Shown here in pieces: positions 63,676 to 64,000 of a DNA stretch of 64,000 bases. Numbering within the stretch: position 1 is the first letter of the stretch; each line of letters starts with the position of its first letter. The stretch covers positions 58,938 through 122,937 of the forward strand of contig CAUQUY010000001.1 in assembly GCA_963521405.1 (NCBI GenBank), written 5' to 3'. The stretch comes from an uncultured Streptococcus sp. GTDB taxonomy: Bacteria > Bacillota > Bacilli > Lactobacillales > Aerococcaceae. The notes under the pieces are model-generated. The model did not search any database and was not told the DNA's origin. It saw nothing but the letters and a program-made list of their open reading frames with translations. A program made the position numbers and the translations under genes.

Positions 63676-64000
63676 TTATTTCTTTTCTTCTTTTTGCTCA
63701 ACAAATCCAAGGCGTTCAATGTTTTCTTTAGATGCTGAAAAACTTACTTTATCATCTTTCTTAATCAGTGCGACATCCATTGTTTCATATAAACTTGGCG
63801 CTTTTGCACGACTTTCTGAGTCATCCAATTTGAACTTCTTCATGTCTATTTCAACAGTGAATGCTATTTCTTTTTCACCATCTACGGAAGTAACTTTTAC
63901 GCCCTCTGTAGCTTTCATTTGATTCACGATTTCATCTCTTCTTTGACGTGCTGCTGTTGCATATTCTGGAACACCTGATAAACGTACTACTACATCGGTT
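63676..64000 (-). CDS. hypothetical protein, C-terminal part (ORF remains open to the right window edge)
   Basis: The ORF-track 'M' at 63927 is a GTG. The same frame stays open to position 64000 (..TDVVVRLSGVPEYATAARQRRDEIVNQMKATEGVKV..). No family recognised. Confidence 0.5.
   Translation of the reverse strand, partial: TDVVVRLSGVPEYATAARQRRDEIVNQMKATEGVKVTSVDGEKEIAFTVEIDMKKFKLDDSESRAKAPSLYETMDVALIKKDDKVSFSASKENIERLGFVEQKEEKK

Noticed and set aside
1-64000. Prophage, IS element or integrative island
   Set aside because: No integrase, transposase, recombinase, or phage structural or replication gene was recognisable in any of the ORF-track translations. The repeats have no autonomous partner in this window.

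Overview
This is a 64-kb chromosomal window from a low-GC Gram-positive bacterium. Gene content and synteny point to Bacilli and look Lactobacillales-like, but no species can be assigned from sequence alone.

Most of the window is conserved backbone:
- A cdaA 5' end, then rsmA-rnmV-tatD.
- The tRNA-modification genes mnmE / mnmG / rsmG, plus ogt, msrA and the L-serine dehydratase genes sdaAB/sdaAA.
- A fructose-type PTS operon with a PfkB-family kinase, followed by a GntR-agaS-nagA-lacD amino-sugar cluster.
- copA-copZ with CopY-type operator boxes.
- A PRD-regulated Lac-family PTS operon carrying a glycosylasparaginase, an M20 peptidase and CutC.
- tRNA-Tyr and tRNA-Gln.
- Riboswitch-controlled vitamin or precursor S-components: THF-folT, FMN-ribU and a probable preQ1-queT.

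The parts worth a second look are:
1. A tandem array of four paralogous two-TM proteins of unknown function at 36.3-41.4 kb. Their predicted ectodomains have diverged while the C-terminal modules stay conserved. Each gene has its own promoter.
2. A mosaic repeat family ('type-2') that begins at or overlaps the stop codon of several genes, including three of the four array genes.
3. A second family ('type-1') of about 130-195-nt long-hairpin intergenic elements. The stem changes between copies are compensatory.
4. A low-GC two-gene cassette (DUF2971 protein plus a beta-propeller-like lipoprotein) bracketed by type-1 elements.
5. A monocistronic 896-aa SF2 helicase with a C-terminal two-TM domain, next to the tRNA genes.
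6. An orphan sigma-70-family factor followed by a 46-aa ORF that resembles only the toxin-binding tail of MazE.

No integrase, transposase, cas gene or rRNA was seen. All family assignments come from motif recognition by eye and need database confirmation.
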